Assembly: GCA_903915625.1 (NCBI GenBank)
Contig: CAIWTN010000090.1
Location: 66,226-130,225 of the forward strand
Reading direction: 5' to 3'
Length of the DNA: 64,000 nt
From: an uncultured Pseudomonadota bacterium
Lineage (GTDB): Bacteria > Bdellovibrionota_B > Oligoflexia > Oligoflexales > CAIYRB01
This document shows, one piece after another, positions 43,598 to 52,810 of the stretch (positions within the stretch are counted from its first letter, which is position 1; each line of letters opens with the position of its first letter). The notes under the pieces were generated by a model. It did not search any database, was not told the DNA's origin, and worked only from the letters and a program-made list of their open reading frames with translations. Made by a program: the position numbers and the translations under genes.

Positions 43598-43622
43598 CCC
43601 ACATTCTCCCACTTACTCCCAC
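43598..43622 (-). promoter_or_regulatory. MraZ operator: three GTGGG direct repeats with 10-bp periodicity
   Basis: The minus strand reads GTGGGAGTAA GTGGGAGAAT GTGGGG. On the plus strand this is CCCAC at 43598, 43608 and 43618. It matches the (G)TGGGN x3 arrangement with 5-nt spacers known for the E. coli dcw promoter. Confidence 0.65.
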
Positions 43623-43626
43623 TTAT

Positions 43627-44463
43627 TTAGAATAACTTGCGCGAAAACTGCCCGTCAATCACCGACCCGGAGGAGCGCCTGTCAGAAGTAGCCAGAGATA
43701 AAATTAAAGTTACGACAAGGATGACTGCACTAATTGAGCTAGAGCAGCCGGTTAAATAAGTAAAAAGGAGTAGAGTCGGCAAAATTAGAAGCGGCATCAT
43801 GAATGGGCGCAGCATCCGAATCCAGACAGCGCTCCAACCGATTAGCATGCAAGTAAGAGTTGCCGTAATTAAGATTCGCGAAGTGTGCATGCCGGCAAAA
43901 GAATGTAACCATGTCCGGAAGTCATTGATTTTTGCTAACCCACAAATAGTAACTGCGATTGCGCTGATGGTGAGTATACCCAAGCCGATTTGGCGGAGCT
44001 TTCGACTGGCAACATGAGGCGTTTTATGTCCAGCCCACGGGGCTTTGTCAGCGAGGAAAATTATTATTAATTGCGATGTGACAAATACAAATACAGATCG
44101 TTCGTAAAGGCTGTATCCGTGCAGCATACTGTGCAGAATGGTGAACGAAAGCGCCCCCAGAGCCGATATGTTTGCGACCCGGGTCAGAAATAAAGACCCC
44201 AGGAAAAAGAGGAAGTAGAGTTCTACTGATTTAAAGGGAAGTCGCACAGATTTTAAAATTGTTGATTCTAGCGGAATATTAGCCAAATTGATCGCAATTG
44301 CAGCGAAGTATCCAAGTATTCCAATGACGGGCAACCACTTACCCCAGTTATTCACGGCCCGTGCGTGATGGGCTCGGGCGGAGGGAGTTGTCGTGCCGAA
44401 TACAGCAATTAGAAGGATTAGCAGCATTGCTAACAAAAGAATCAGCAGACTATTCATGGGCAA
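43627..44463 (-). CDS. Hypothetical polytopic inner-membrane protein
   Basis: 278 aa, about 8 hydrophobic segments, ATG start. No family recognised. It ends 4 nt before the MraZ boxes. Confidence 0.6.
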   Translation of the reverse strand: MPMNSLLILLLAMLLILLIAVFGTTTPSARAHHARAVNNWGKWLPVIGILGYFAAIAINLANIPLESTILKSVRLPFKSVELYFLFFLGSLFLTRVANISALGALSFTILHSMLHGYSLYERSVFVFVTSQLIIIFLADKAPWAGHKTPHVASRKLRQIGLGILTISAIAVTICGLAKINDFRTWLHSFAGMHTSRILITATLTCMLIGWSAVWIRMLRPFMMPLLILPTLLLFTYLTGCSSSISAVILVVTLILSLATSDRRSSGSVIDGQFSRKLF

Positions 44464-44815
44464 CTTCCGTCGAAATCAGCGTCCTAAACCACAAGAACAT
44501 TGAGCAAGATCCGTGCCGAGGCGACTAATCACAAAAACTCAATAATGTTTATGTGTTGTGCGCCTGCATAGGCAGTAATTCTGTCGAGGGTATAAACAGC
44601 TTAAGCACTATTAATGAGCCGCTTCGCATTCAGCTGTGTAAGCGTACGAGCGGCATAATTAGCTTTGAACAGGCATTAAAGCGCACAGCTCCGTCGGAAA
44701 ACATTGCCCCTTGCGGGCTTGGGGGATTCGGTCTGTAATAAATCTAAAGCCATTACGATTTTCTGCCGAGGCAGGGTTCGTAAGGAAGTGCGAAAACTTT
44801 TTTGGAGGATCGAGA

Positions 44816-45946
44816 ATGAAAGTGTTCAGGAGGCGCTGGCTTGGCGCTTCTGTCCTAGCACTGGCATTCAGTTTTGGAAGCGTCGGGTGTTCCGGCGACC
44901 AGGAGACTGAAGAGCCAGTGAACGGGGCAGAGAACCAGGCGGCAGATGAAAACGCAGGCGGTGACAACACAGCCAGCGAAGACGGAACCGAGGGTGGCGG
45001 CGGTAATACCGCCGTCGAGGATGGCGCAGCCGCAGCAGATGCTGGAGCTACTGATCCAGCAGCTGGTGCAACCGCTGACGCAGCCGGCACAGGCGCCGGA
45101 GAAAACGATTTACAGGACATCATCACGGAGATGAATGGCCAACAACCAGCGGGTGAAAACACCGCAGCAGATTCCGGCGCAGCAGCGGCGCCAGCAGAAG
45201 CCTCCGCTTCTGCTGAAGCGGGTACCGCAGCAGCACCAGTGGCAGCAATGGCCTCGGCTTCTGCAGCCGCACCAGCGAATGCAGCAGCACCAGCAGCACC
45301 TGCGTCAGATAAAGCTGAAGGCTCTACTGCAGCAGCGCTTCCTCAACAACCGGGTGGCACCCCAGCTTCGGCAGGTTTGCCTGAGATTGGGTCTAAAATG
45401 GCCTACATCGTTGAGAAAGGTGACACTCTTGCCAAGATTTCCCAGAAGATCTTCGGTTCACCGAAACACTGGCAGGAAATGGCGACTCTGAGTGGACTTA
45501 CCAACCCTAAACGTATTTACCCAGGCGACGTAGTCTATTACACCCTCGACGACAGCGCAGTTGCGTTTGCGAAAGCTTATGACGCGGTACAGCGCGCCGA
45601 AGAACAAGTTAAACCAGGCGATACGCTCGCTTCCATTTCTAAACGTGTTTATGGCGAAAGCTCCGGCTGGCGTTCCATTTGGCGCCACAATGACAATATC
45701 GAAAACCCTGACGTAGTCCAATCCGGTTCAACCGTCTTCTATGTTCCTAAGGGAGCAGTTCAAGCAGCAATGCTAAAAGTTAAAATTGAAAACGTAAAAA
45801 TCGCTAAACTCAACCACCCAACCGTCAAGAAGTTAGTAGTTAAATCCCATGTCAAGACTTACAGCGGCGCGAAAGCTGCAACCGTTGGCAAAAACCTCGT
45901 AACAAAAACGAATTTCGTCGGTAAAATCAACGCGCAACGCGTATAA
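44816..45946 (+). CDS. LysM-domain lipoprotein with an Ala/Glu/Gly-rich low-complexity region
   Basis: ATG at 44816 with a GGAGGA RBS. Lipoprotein signal peptide ending in the lipobox SVG|C. Two LysM repeats (YIVEKGDTLAKISQKIFG.. and VKPGDTLASISKRVYG..). The track's upstream extension is discarded. Confidence 0.8.
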   Translation: MKVFRRRWLGASVLALAFSFGSVGCSGDQETEEPVNGAENQAADENAGGDNTASEDGTEGGGGNTAVEDGAAAADAGATDPAAGATADAAGTGAGENDLQDIITEMNGQQPAGENTAADSGAAAAPAEASASAEAGTAAAPVAAMASASAAAPANAAAPAAPASDKAEGSTAAALPQQPGGTPASAGLPEIGSKMAYIVEKGDTLAKISQKIFGSPKHWQEMATLSGLTNPKRIYPGDVVYYTLDDSAVAFAKAYDAVQRAEEQVKPGDTLASISKRVYGESSGWRSIWRHNDNIENPDVVQSGSTVFYVPKGAVQAAMLKVKIENVKIAKLNHPTVKKLVVKSHVKTYSGAKAATVGKNLVTKTNFVGKINAQRV

Positions 45947-46276
45947 AATGCAATTAACTATAATCGGAAGTCGTAAGACTTCGTGGTGTGATAAATCATC
46001 AGAGCGCGACTTGAGGCAAGACGTTTTCTGCGTGCAGGTCTGATGTAGGTTTCAGTTAAGAACCCGAATCTCGTATCAAGAAAGACGAGTCGACGGTTTA
46101 GAAACCAAACTAAGCGGTAGTGAAGCTGAAAGATTAGCTATCTCTGTCAAACTAAAGAACTCAGCGATGATCAAGGCCAGCATCATCAAGAGATCGAATG
46201 ATTTGCAAACAGACTAGGCAAATTTTACAGCCCCGTCCGCTTACTCCCCAACTGTGACAAGTAAGTCCTCTTATAC

Positions 46277-47257
46277 TTAGACGGATAGTTGGTGTCTAAT
46301 CTTCGGCCCAACGATCATCTGATGTATAACCTCACCCGGCGCTACGCATGCGCCCGGCAACAAGACTGATTCGCTTATCAGAGCGTTTGCGGAAATGCTG
46401 CAGTTGGATTCAACGACCACTGCCGGACCGATCGTAGCTGTCGCATCGACGGCGCTCCAAGAGTCGATGAAAACTCCATCTGACGTCAGGGTTGTAGTCC
46501 GGCCATTGAGCGCGCGGCAGGCCTTGATCCCCAGAGCTTCTACGAGGGCCGGGCGCTTAAGTAATTGGTGTATCGCGGCCCAATAGGTCTCGGGCGTCCC
46601 TAGGTCAAACCAGTAGCCATCGTGAATGGACGCACAGATCGTCATTCCGCGCTGTAGAGCTGGAAGGTAGCCTTTCGAAATAATGTCAAAAGCGCCATTT
46701 TCCGGCAATAATTTGAGAAATTCTGGAGATAGAATTTGAACACAGGCAAAATTTCCGGCCTGCGAACCATTGTTTACTGGGATTTTGCTGATACTGTTGA
46801 TCGCACCATTTTGGTGAAAAACGGAGCTTTCTCCGGGAATCACGGAGGGTAAAAGAGCCATTGTAGCAACCGCTTTGCGGTGGAGATGGGTCTCGATTAG
46901 ATTTTGAATATTTACGGTCGAAACTACGTCGCCATTGATGACAATCAGACTATCGTCGCCAATCCAGGGGAGCAGCGGATTGAGGGCGCCACCCGTCCCT
47001 AGTATTTCTGGCTCGTACGACAACTTAATATTGAGAGAATGGCGATTTTCGCCGACAAAAGTGGCGATTTGTTCAGGGAAATAATGCGAGTTGATCGCAA
47101 TATCGTTCACTCCGGACGCACCGAGTCGCCATAATGCTAGCTCCAGAGGTGTGGCACCAAAAAAAGGTACCAGCGGCTTAGCATAATGGTTGGTAAGTGG
47201 CCTAAGGCGAGTGCCGAAGCCCGCTGCTAATACTAGACCCTTAAAATTAGCGTGCAT
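46277..47257 (-). CDS. Sugar-phosphate nucleotidyltransferase with a C-terminal left-handed beta-helix-like extension
   Basis: N-terminal signature LVLAAGFGTRLRPLTNHYAKPLVPF (GxGTRLxPLT..KP). 326 aa. Confidence 0.8.
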   Translation of the reverse strand: MHANFKGLVLAAGFGTRLRPLTNHYAKPLVPFFGATPLELALWRLGASGVNDIAINSHYFPEQIATFVGENRHSLNIKLSYEPEILGTGGALNPLLPWIGDDSLIVINGDVVSTVNIQNLIETHLHRKAVATMALLPSVIPGESSVFHQNGAINSISKIPVNNGSQAGNFACVQILSPEFLKLLPENGAFDIISKGYLPALQRGMTICASIHDGYWFDLGTPETYWAAIHQLLKRPALVEALGIKACRALNGRTTTLTSDGVFIDSWSAVDATATIGPAVVVESNCSISANALISESVLLPGACVAPGEVIHQMIVGPKIRHQLSV

Positions 47258-47258
47258 A

Positions 47259-48338
47259 TTACCGCTGATCCAGTTGACGGCGCATCCGTCGGATTAAGGT
47301 ATCAGATATGAGGGGCCAGCGCTCATCCTGTAGGTTTTGCGCTTCTAGAGTGGCTAGTGCAGGTTCGACGTACTTGAGATAATTGTTCCGTTTTTTATCT
47401 AAAGTCAGATATCCGAAGCTGCCTATCGCTTTTAATTGCCTCTGTAGCAACATAGGGCGCCATAGAGCGTCTACTTCAGCATGGATTTTCTCGCCCAGCT
47501 GTTCCCTGATTATGGTGAGACCACTTTTCATCAGTTGGGTGCGAAATGCGGCATCAAAAGGCACATAGGAATCGAAGCACAGAGACACTAGGTCATAAGA
47601 TGCCGGCCCAAGGCGAGCATCTTGGAAGTCAATTACGGCCAGGGTGGCGTCCTTCACCATGACATTGCGGGAATGGAAATCGCGATGAACAAAATAATAG
47701 GAATTAGCCGCGAGTGTTTCGCTAATAAGTTTGACTTCCAAATCAAACTGAGCGCGCTCACTGGTTGAAAAATCAATTCCAGCAATTGGAGCGGCATATT
47801 TCTGGATGAAGAAATTTAATTCCCACGCAAATCGATCAGCATCGAACGCACGATGACACCAAACCGCATTTTGTGTCGCAGGGATCGCTAGGAATTTGGC
47901 TATGACTTCCATGCATTTTTTGTAGATTGAGTGCAGTTCCTGAGTGCCTTGATTCTCAATCATGGCAAACACAAGTCCCTCAAGCATCTGGTTACCATAG
48001 TCTTCTATGATGAGCGCCGCATGATCCGGCATGGTCGCGATCACTCTGGGCACGAAAATGCCTCTGTCGGCGAGCAAAGAAGCTATTTTAATCCAGTCAT
48101 AGCCGCCTGAGCGCAATGCTACGGCATCGCTTCCAGAGAGCTGCATCAGCACGAGTGGATTCTCGAGTTTAGTGGAGTGAATTCTATAATAACATCTGTC
48201 AGAGCCGTCTCCTGCTAACCAGGCGATAGTGACTTCCGGAACATTTAATGTCTTCGCCACCAGTTCAGCAGCGGGTGGGGTAAGAATATTTGCGTGGGGT
48301 TTAGATGGTGACGAAGTCAAGTTCTGGCCCAATCCCAA
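47259..48338 (-). CDS. APH-fold phosphotransferase (AmgK-like sugar kinase candidate)
   Basis: Catalytic loop HRDFHSRNVMV (HxDxxxxN), the metal-binding motif IDFQDARLG, and an N-terminal GDGSDRCYYRI nucleotide-loop region. The stop is 1 nt from the start of the NTP-transferase. The start is uncertain: the track start is a TTG that overlaps the upstream gene by 38 nt. Confidence 0.78.
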   Translation of the reverse strand: MGLGQNLTSSPSKPHANILTPPAAELVAKTLNVPEVTIAWLAGDGSDRCYYRIHSTKLENPLVLMQLSGSDAVALRSGGYDWIKIASLLADRGIFVPRVIATMPDHAALIIEDYGNQMLEGLVFAMIENQGTQELHSIYKKCMEVIAKFLAIPATQNAVWCHRAFDADRFAWELNFFIQKYAAPIAGIDFSTSERAQFDLEVKLISETLAANSYYFVHRDFHSRNVMVKDATLAVIDFQDARLGPASYDLVSLCFDSYVPFDAAFRTQLMKSGLTIIREQLGEKIHAEVDALWRPMLLQRQLKAIGSFGYLTLDKKRNNYLKYVEPALATLEAQNLQDERWPLISDTLIRRMRRQLDQR

Positions 48339-49230
48339 TATTTACGCTGTTATTTGTTGAGGTAAAAAGCTCGCCGTCCAATGTGTAGTCGAATGGATGC
48401 GGCATCTCGATCCGCAACTCTTCACAACAAAAACTTATTTTATCCTTACCTGGGCCGTCTTGTCGCCTTAGTAGAACTAAAGGTAGGCGCCAAGATTCAC
48501 GCGACGGTGTGGTGAAGCTTACGCATTGGAACTCTCTAGGGTGGCTTTCAAGCATATGAAAGAGTGGAATTCCCAAAGGCAACTTGAGTACGGTTGAGCA
48601 GAACACTGAGCAGGAGGTGTGGTCTATCGAGCGCCGTTTATCGGGGCGTAAATTTTGGCGCAGGTCTTGCACAATTTTATCGTGTAGCCGTCCTTTAAAA
48701 AGGCTTGAAAGCCACACAGCACAAACTAATAAAAATGCTCCAAATGCTCCTGATTTGCGCTTGTAGTATTCTTTTAGAAAGGCAGGAGCCATGCCGTTGG
48801 CGAAGAGAAAGCCGTGGTTTCCTTCGACGCATAATGTAGGTACCCGCCGGACCGGCATTGCCCGACCGCTTGAGTGCCATTCAACCAGGCGGTACAGAAT
48901 CTCCTCTGGGCTTCCCCTGATTCCTAAATTGTTAGCCAGAACGTTGATTGTTCCACCGCGCAATAGCGCGATCTGAGGTAGCGGTGTTTCGCCGTAAGCT
49001 GCTAAAAACGCAGTCAATGTTCGAGATATTGTGCCGTCTCCTCCATTGATAGCTAGGGTTGTGATGCCCTTGCTCTTAAAGTCTAGGGCGACTCGTTCTA
49101 AATCAGCAAGCGAGTTGGTAACCTCCAGCTGCCCTTGGGTGCCAAGTATAAAGCCCAAAAGCGCCGGTCGTTCAGGATTTCGCCTGTTCAACTTAGAGTG
49201 CGGATTTGTTATGATGCCGATCCCTGACAT
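48301..49230 (-). CDS. Diacylglycerol-kinase-fold (DAGK_cat / NAD-kinase-like) protein
   Basis: Signature INGGDGT followed by a GGT(I/L)N-type motif (LLRGGTINVLANNLG). ATG at 49230. Confidence 0.72.
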   Translation of the reverse strand: MSGIGIITNPHSKLNRRNPERPALLGFILGTQGQLEVTNSLADLERVALDFKSKGITTLAINGGDGTISRTLTAFLAAYGETPLPQIALLRGGTINVLANNLGIRGSPEEILYRLVEWHSSGRAMPVRRVPTLCVEGNHGFLFANGMAPAFLKEYYKRKSGAFGAFLLVCAVWLSSLFKGRLHDKIVQDLRQNLRPDKRRSIDHTSCSVFCSTVLKLPLGIPLFHMLESHPREFQCVSFTTPSRESWRLPLVLLRRQDGPGKDKISFCCEELRIEMPHPFDYTLDGELFTSTNNSVNIGIGPELDFVTI

Positions 49231-49267
49231 CTTTTGTCGCCTTTCGTTTGGAGAGGGGTCTAGGCCA

Positions 49268-50161
49268 GTGACGAAGCTCCCTGCGGTCCGATCGGGTGAA
49301 CGAGCGTTAGCTACCCTTTCACCGATTCAGCTGTATCTACAGCAGATTGCTAAATATCCATTACTCGAACCAGAAGAAGAGTACGAACTCGCGCGTCAGC
49401 AATTTGATGAGGGCGACGTCCGAGCAGCACATAGATTAGTCACGGCGAACTTGCGATTGGTAGTTAAGATAGCCAATGATTTCCGCCAAGCCCAGTTGAA
49501 TCTATTGGATTTGATTCAAGAAGGTAACTACGGCCTGATGCAGGCGGTCAAGCGGTTTAACCCATATAAGGGGGTTAAACTTTCAAGTTATGCTGCCTGG
49601 TGGATAAGAGCATACATTCTAAAATATATTATGGACAATAAAAGCCAGGTTAAAATTGGTACTACAGCCGATCAACGCAAGCTGTACTACAACTTAGAGC
49701 GCACCGCGCGTAAGTTGCTTCAGGAGTACGATCATGTGGACGCCAAAATGTTGGCGGAGCATTTAAACGTTCGTGAAAAAGACGTCGAAGAAATGCAGGC
49801 CAGATTGGCTGCGCCTGATCTTTCTCTAGATGCTCCATTATCCGGTGAGTCGGACTCAGTCACGCGTGGGCAATTGCTAGCATCAAGTGCGGAGAGCACC
49901 GAGGACGCGCTAGCGGATGACGAAGTTAGGCGCATTTTTGCTGATCATTTGGCAGACTTTAGAGAGACCCTGAAGGGCCGAGACCTAGAGGTGTTCGATG
50001 CCAGAATGATGGCGGAAGATCCCTTAACTCTCCAGGAAATCGGCGATCGTTACGGAGTCACTCGTGAGCGCGCTCGTCAAATTGAGTCCAGGATCATTCA
50101 GAAATTGCGCGAATTCGTCAGCAAAAAAGGCCTTTTAGACGCCGAAGTAGTGCGCGATTAA
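49268..50161 (+). CDS. rpoH: RNA polymerase sigma-32 factor RpoH
   Basis: Sigma-70 regions 2-4 (DLIQEGNYGLMQAVKRFNP) and an RpoH-box-like element (QRKLYYNLE; consensus QRKLFFNLR). The start is inferred at the GTG at 49268 with a GGAGAGGGG RBS. The longer track ORF from 49031 overlaps the divergent gene. Confidence 0.85.
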   Translation: MTKLPAVRSGERALATLSPIQLYLQQIAKYPLLEPEEEYELARQQFDEGDVRAAHRLVTANLRLVVKIANDFRQAQLNLLDLIQEGNYGLMQAVKRFNPYKGVKLSSYAAWWIRAYILKYIMDNKSQVKIGTTADQRKLYYNLERTARKLLQEYDHVDAKMLAEHLNVREKDVEEMQARLAAPDLSLDAPLSGESDSVTRGQLLASSAESTEDALADDEVRRIFADHLADFRETLKGRDLEVFDARMMAEDPLTLQEIGDRYGVTRERARQIESRIIQKLREFVSKKGLLDAEVVRD

Positions 50162-50168
50162 GGCTGAC

Positions 50169-52226
50169 CTAGCGGCGCGGTGCTCCAAGGCTCCCCCTCA
50201 GTGAGCTCAGCCGCTGAATCGTCTGTGCTTTTCTGTTACTTTCGGCGTTAACGCGCGCTTCGGCGCTGGCGGCTTGGTCTGATTTTACGAAACATTCGGG
50301 AGGAACTTCGTCGAGAAATCGCGATGGAGTTCGCGACTGTTTGCCCTGATAGCCGGCATTTCGGTCCAAGCAATAAGAAAGGAAAAGTTTGCTCTTAGCG
50401 CGCGTTAAGGCCACATAAAAAAGCCGCCTCTCCTCGCAAAGAGCCTGAGGATCAAGCAGGCTGTTCTTGTGGGGGAGTTGTTGTTCTTCTAGCCCAATAA
50501 CGAAGACCGCCGGAAACTCTAGGCCCTTCGCCGCGTGAACCGTCATGAGTGAGATTTGGCTTTGATTTTGGTTTTTATCTTCACGCCGGTCGTTGTCGAG
50601 CGACAGAGAATCTAAAAGATCCTGAATATTCACCGGACTGTCCTCGTCGGTACAGTCTCCAGCGAGTGTGCCAAACCATTTTGGCAGGCTTCTTAGGTTC
50701 GCGAGCTTCCGCTCACGCGAACCACCGTCTTCAGTTTTTAGTCTAATGTCCTGTTCCAGGCCCGTGGCTTTGATGATCGCTAGACCTAGTGCTTCAAAGT
50801 CATTTGGGGTTCTTTGTGGTAGGTGGCTGAGACTGTCGATGAGCTCGATGAAGCCACGAACAGCAGTCTCTGACTTGCCGCCATGACCAGCCATTTCGCG
50901 CATGACAGTAAATGGCGAGAGCTTTTGTTGCTTCGCCGCATCTTCTATGCGCTCTAATGTTTTAAGACCTATGCCTCGATGCGGCGTATTGATAACGCGC
51001 CACAGCGCCAATCGATCATCGTTATTTAGTACCAGGCGGAGGTAGCTAACGAGATCTTTGACTTCCTTTTTTTCAAAAAAGCTCTGACCGCCAAAGGTGC
51101 GGTAAGGTAGGCGCGCCTCGCGCAGGGCCAGTTCAATGGGTTTCGCCTGATTATTAGCTCGATAAAGCACTCCGATATCGCTCGCCTCCATACCGGCGCC
51201 CAAAAGACTCAGGCATTTTTCGGCCAATAAGTTGGCTTCGGCGGTCTCATCTTCGCAGGGACTAAGGACAATAGGCGCAGTTTCTTGCGAAGCACTCCAC
51301 AGCGTTTTGTCTTTTCGCTTGGTGTTATTGCGGATCACCGTGTTTGCCGCTCCAAGGATGACGTTGGAACACCGATAATTCTGCTCTAATTTGATGATTT
51401 TAGTGCCGGGAAAAAGGTTTTCGAATTGCTCAAGGACCTCATACATGGCCCCGCGCCAGCTATAAATGGATTGATCGTCGTCACCGACTACGCAGACTTC
51501 GTGTTTATCGCTTGCTAAGAGTTCTAGGACGGCCAATTGGGCGCTATTTGTGTCCTGGTACTCATCAACCATGAAATAGCGAAATTCTCGGCGGATACGC
51601 TCTCGCACCTCGGGATGTGAGCGCAGCAAAAGTACGGTTCGGTAAATACAGTCATCGAAATCAATGACGCGATTTAGTCGCAACTGCCTCTCGTATAGCT
51701 CAAAAACCTCGGCCAATACTGCGGTATCGGTATTAACCAGGGAATGACCTTGTCCTTGCCGCAGTTCGTCCGGCCCCAAAAGGTGGTTTTTCGCCACGCC
51801 GATCTGATAATGAAGGCGATCGGCTTGGTAGAGGCCGCCCCAATTTTTCTCTTCTAACCCTTTGCGCACGAGGTCGATCTGATCTGATGTGCCGGCTAGG
51901 CTGAAACCCGCAGTCAATCCAGCCTCAGCTGGAAAGCGCCGGAGGAGGCTTAGGCAGAAACTATGAAAGGTCCCGAGCCAAGCCTTGCGACCGCGGCTGC
52001 CGATCAGTTTACGCACTCTCTCGGACATTTCCTTGGCCGCTTTATTGGTAAATGATAACGCCACGATAGAGCTGGCCGGTATGCCGCAGTCGAGCATATA
52101 AGCCAGTCGGTAAGTGATAACTCGCGTCTTGCCCGTGCCAGCCCCAGCTAGAATCATGATCGGTCCGTCTACTGAGGTGACGGCATCCCGTTGTTCAGCG
52201 TTTAATTCATCGAGGTTGAGGCGCAT
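50169..52226 (-). CDS. ATP-dependent DNA helicase, UvrD/PcrA/Rep (SF1A) family
   Basis: Motifs Q and I (LNAEQRDAV..ILAGAGTGKTRV), DEYQDT, and later helicase motifs (VHAAKGLEF). The start is set at the ATG at 52226 (MRLNLDELN..). Confidence 0.9.
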   Translation of the reverse strand: MRLNLDELNAEQRDAVTSVDGPIMILAGAGTGKTRVITYRLAYMLDCGIPASSIVALSFTNKAAKEMSERVRKLIGSRGRKAWLGTFHSFCLSLLRRFPAEAGLTAGFSLAGTSDQIDLVRKGLEEKNWGGLYQADRLHYQIGVAKNHLLGPDELRQGQGHSLVNTDTAVLAEVFELYERQLRLNRVIDFDDCIYRTVLLLRSHPEVRERIRREFRYFMVDEYQDTNSAQLAVLELLASDKHEVCVVGDDDQSIYSWRGAMYEVLEQFENLFPGTKIIKLEQNYRCSNVILGAANTVIRNNTKRKDKTLWSASQETAPIVLSPCEDETAEANLLAEKCLSLLGAGMEASDIGVLYRANNQAKPIELALREARLPYRTFGGQSFFEKKEVKDLVSYLRLVLNNDDRLALWRVINTPHRGIGLKTLERIEDAAKQQKLSPFTVMREMAGHGGKSETAVRGFIELIDSLSHLPQRTPNDFEALGLAIIKATGLEQDIRLKTEDGGSRERKLANLRSLPKWFGTLAGDCTDEDSPVNIQDLLDSLSLDNDRREDKNQNQSQISLMTVHAAKGLEFPAVFVIGLEEQQLPHKNSLLDPQALCEERRLFYVALTRAKSKLFLSYCLDRNAGYQGKQSRTPSRFLDEVPPECFVKSDQAASAEARVNAESNRKAQTIQRLSSLRGSLGAPRR

Positions 52227-52333
52227 GGAAAATCTCAAAATAAAAGGGACTCGGCAAAAATCTAGAGGGCTTCTTGATCGTCTGACCTTATTCGGATAAG
52301 GTCGGCCCTTCCGTTGCACTAGGAGGAGTTACC

Positions 52334-52696
52334 GTGATTCAAGTTTTACTTAGCGCGACCACAGCCATGGCGCAAGCTGCTGAAGGTGCCGCCGCAAAAA
52401 GTCCGTCTTTGGTTGAAATACTACCTATGCCTCTTGGCTTCCTAGTGATCATGTATTTTATGATTATTCGCCCGCAACAAAAGAAGGCCAAAGAACAAGC
52501 CGACCTTCTTAATAATTTAAAAGCGGGCGACGAGGTAGTGACTTCAGGTGGAATCATTGGCAAGGTTCGCTCCGTTGCAGAATCGTTTGTAACATTGGAA
52601 GTGGCTAATAATACGGCCATTAAAGTGATGAAAAATAATGTCTCCGCTTTGACTAAGTCGCCAGTGGCCGCCATCAAAGAGACGGCCAAAGCTTAG
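52334..52696 (+). CDS. yajC: Preprotein translocase subunit YajC
   Basis: A single TM helix followed by IRPQQKKAKE..L..GDEVVTSGGIIGKV. GTG start with a GGAGGAG RBS. Confidence 0.88.
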   Translation: MIQVLLSATTAMAQAAEGAAAKSPSLVEILPMPLGFLVIMYFMIIRPQQKKAKEQADLLNNLKAGDEVVTSGGIIGKVRSVAESFVTLEVANNTAIKVMKNNVSALTKSPVAAIKETAKA

Positions 52697-52810
52697 CCGC
52701 TGCGATGTCACTGGTGTCTTCGGAGCCGTCGTGTCAGGGTGCGAGCGGTCTGCTATTATAAAGTAGGACCTCAGCACTCATCACTTTATTGCGCACGGGG
52801 GCCTAGCCTT

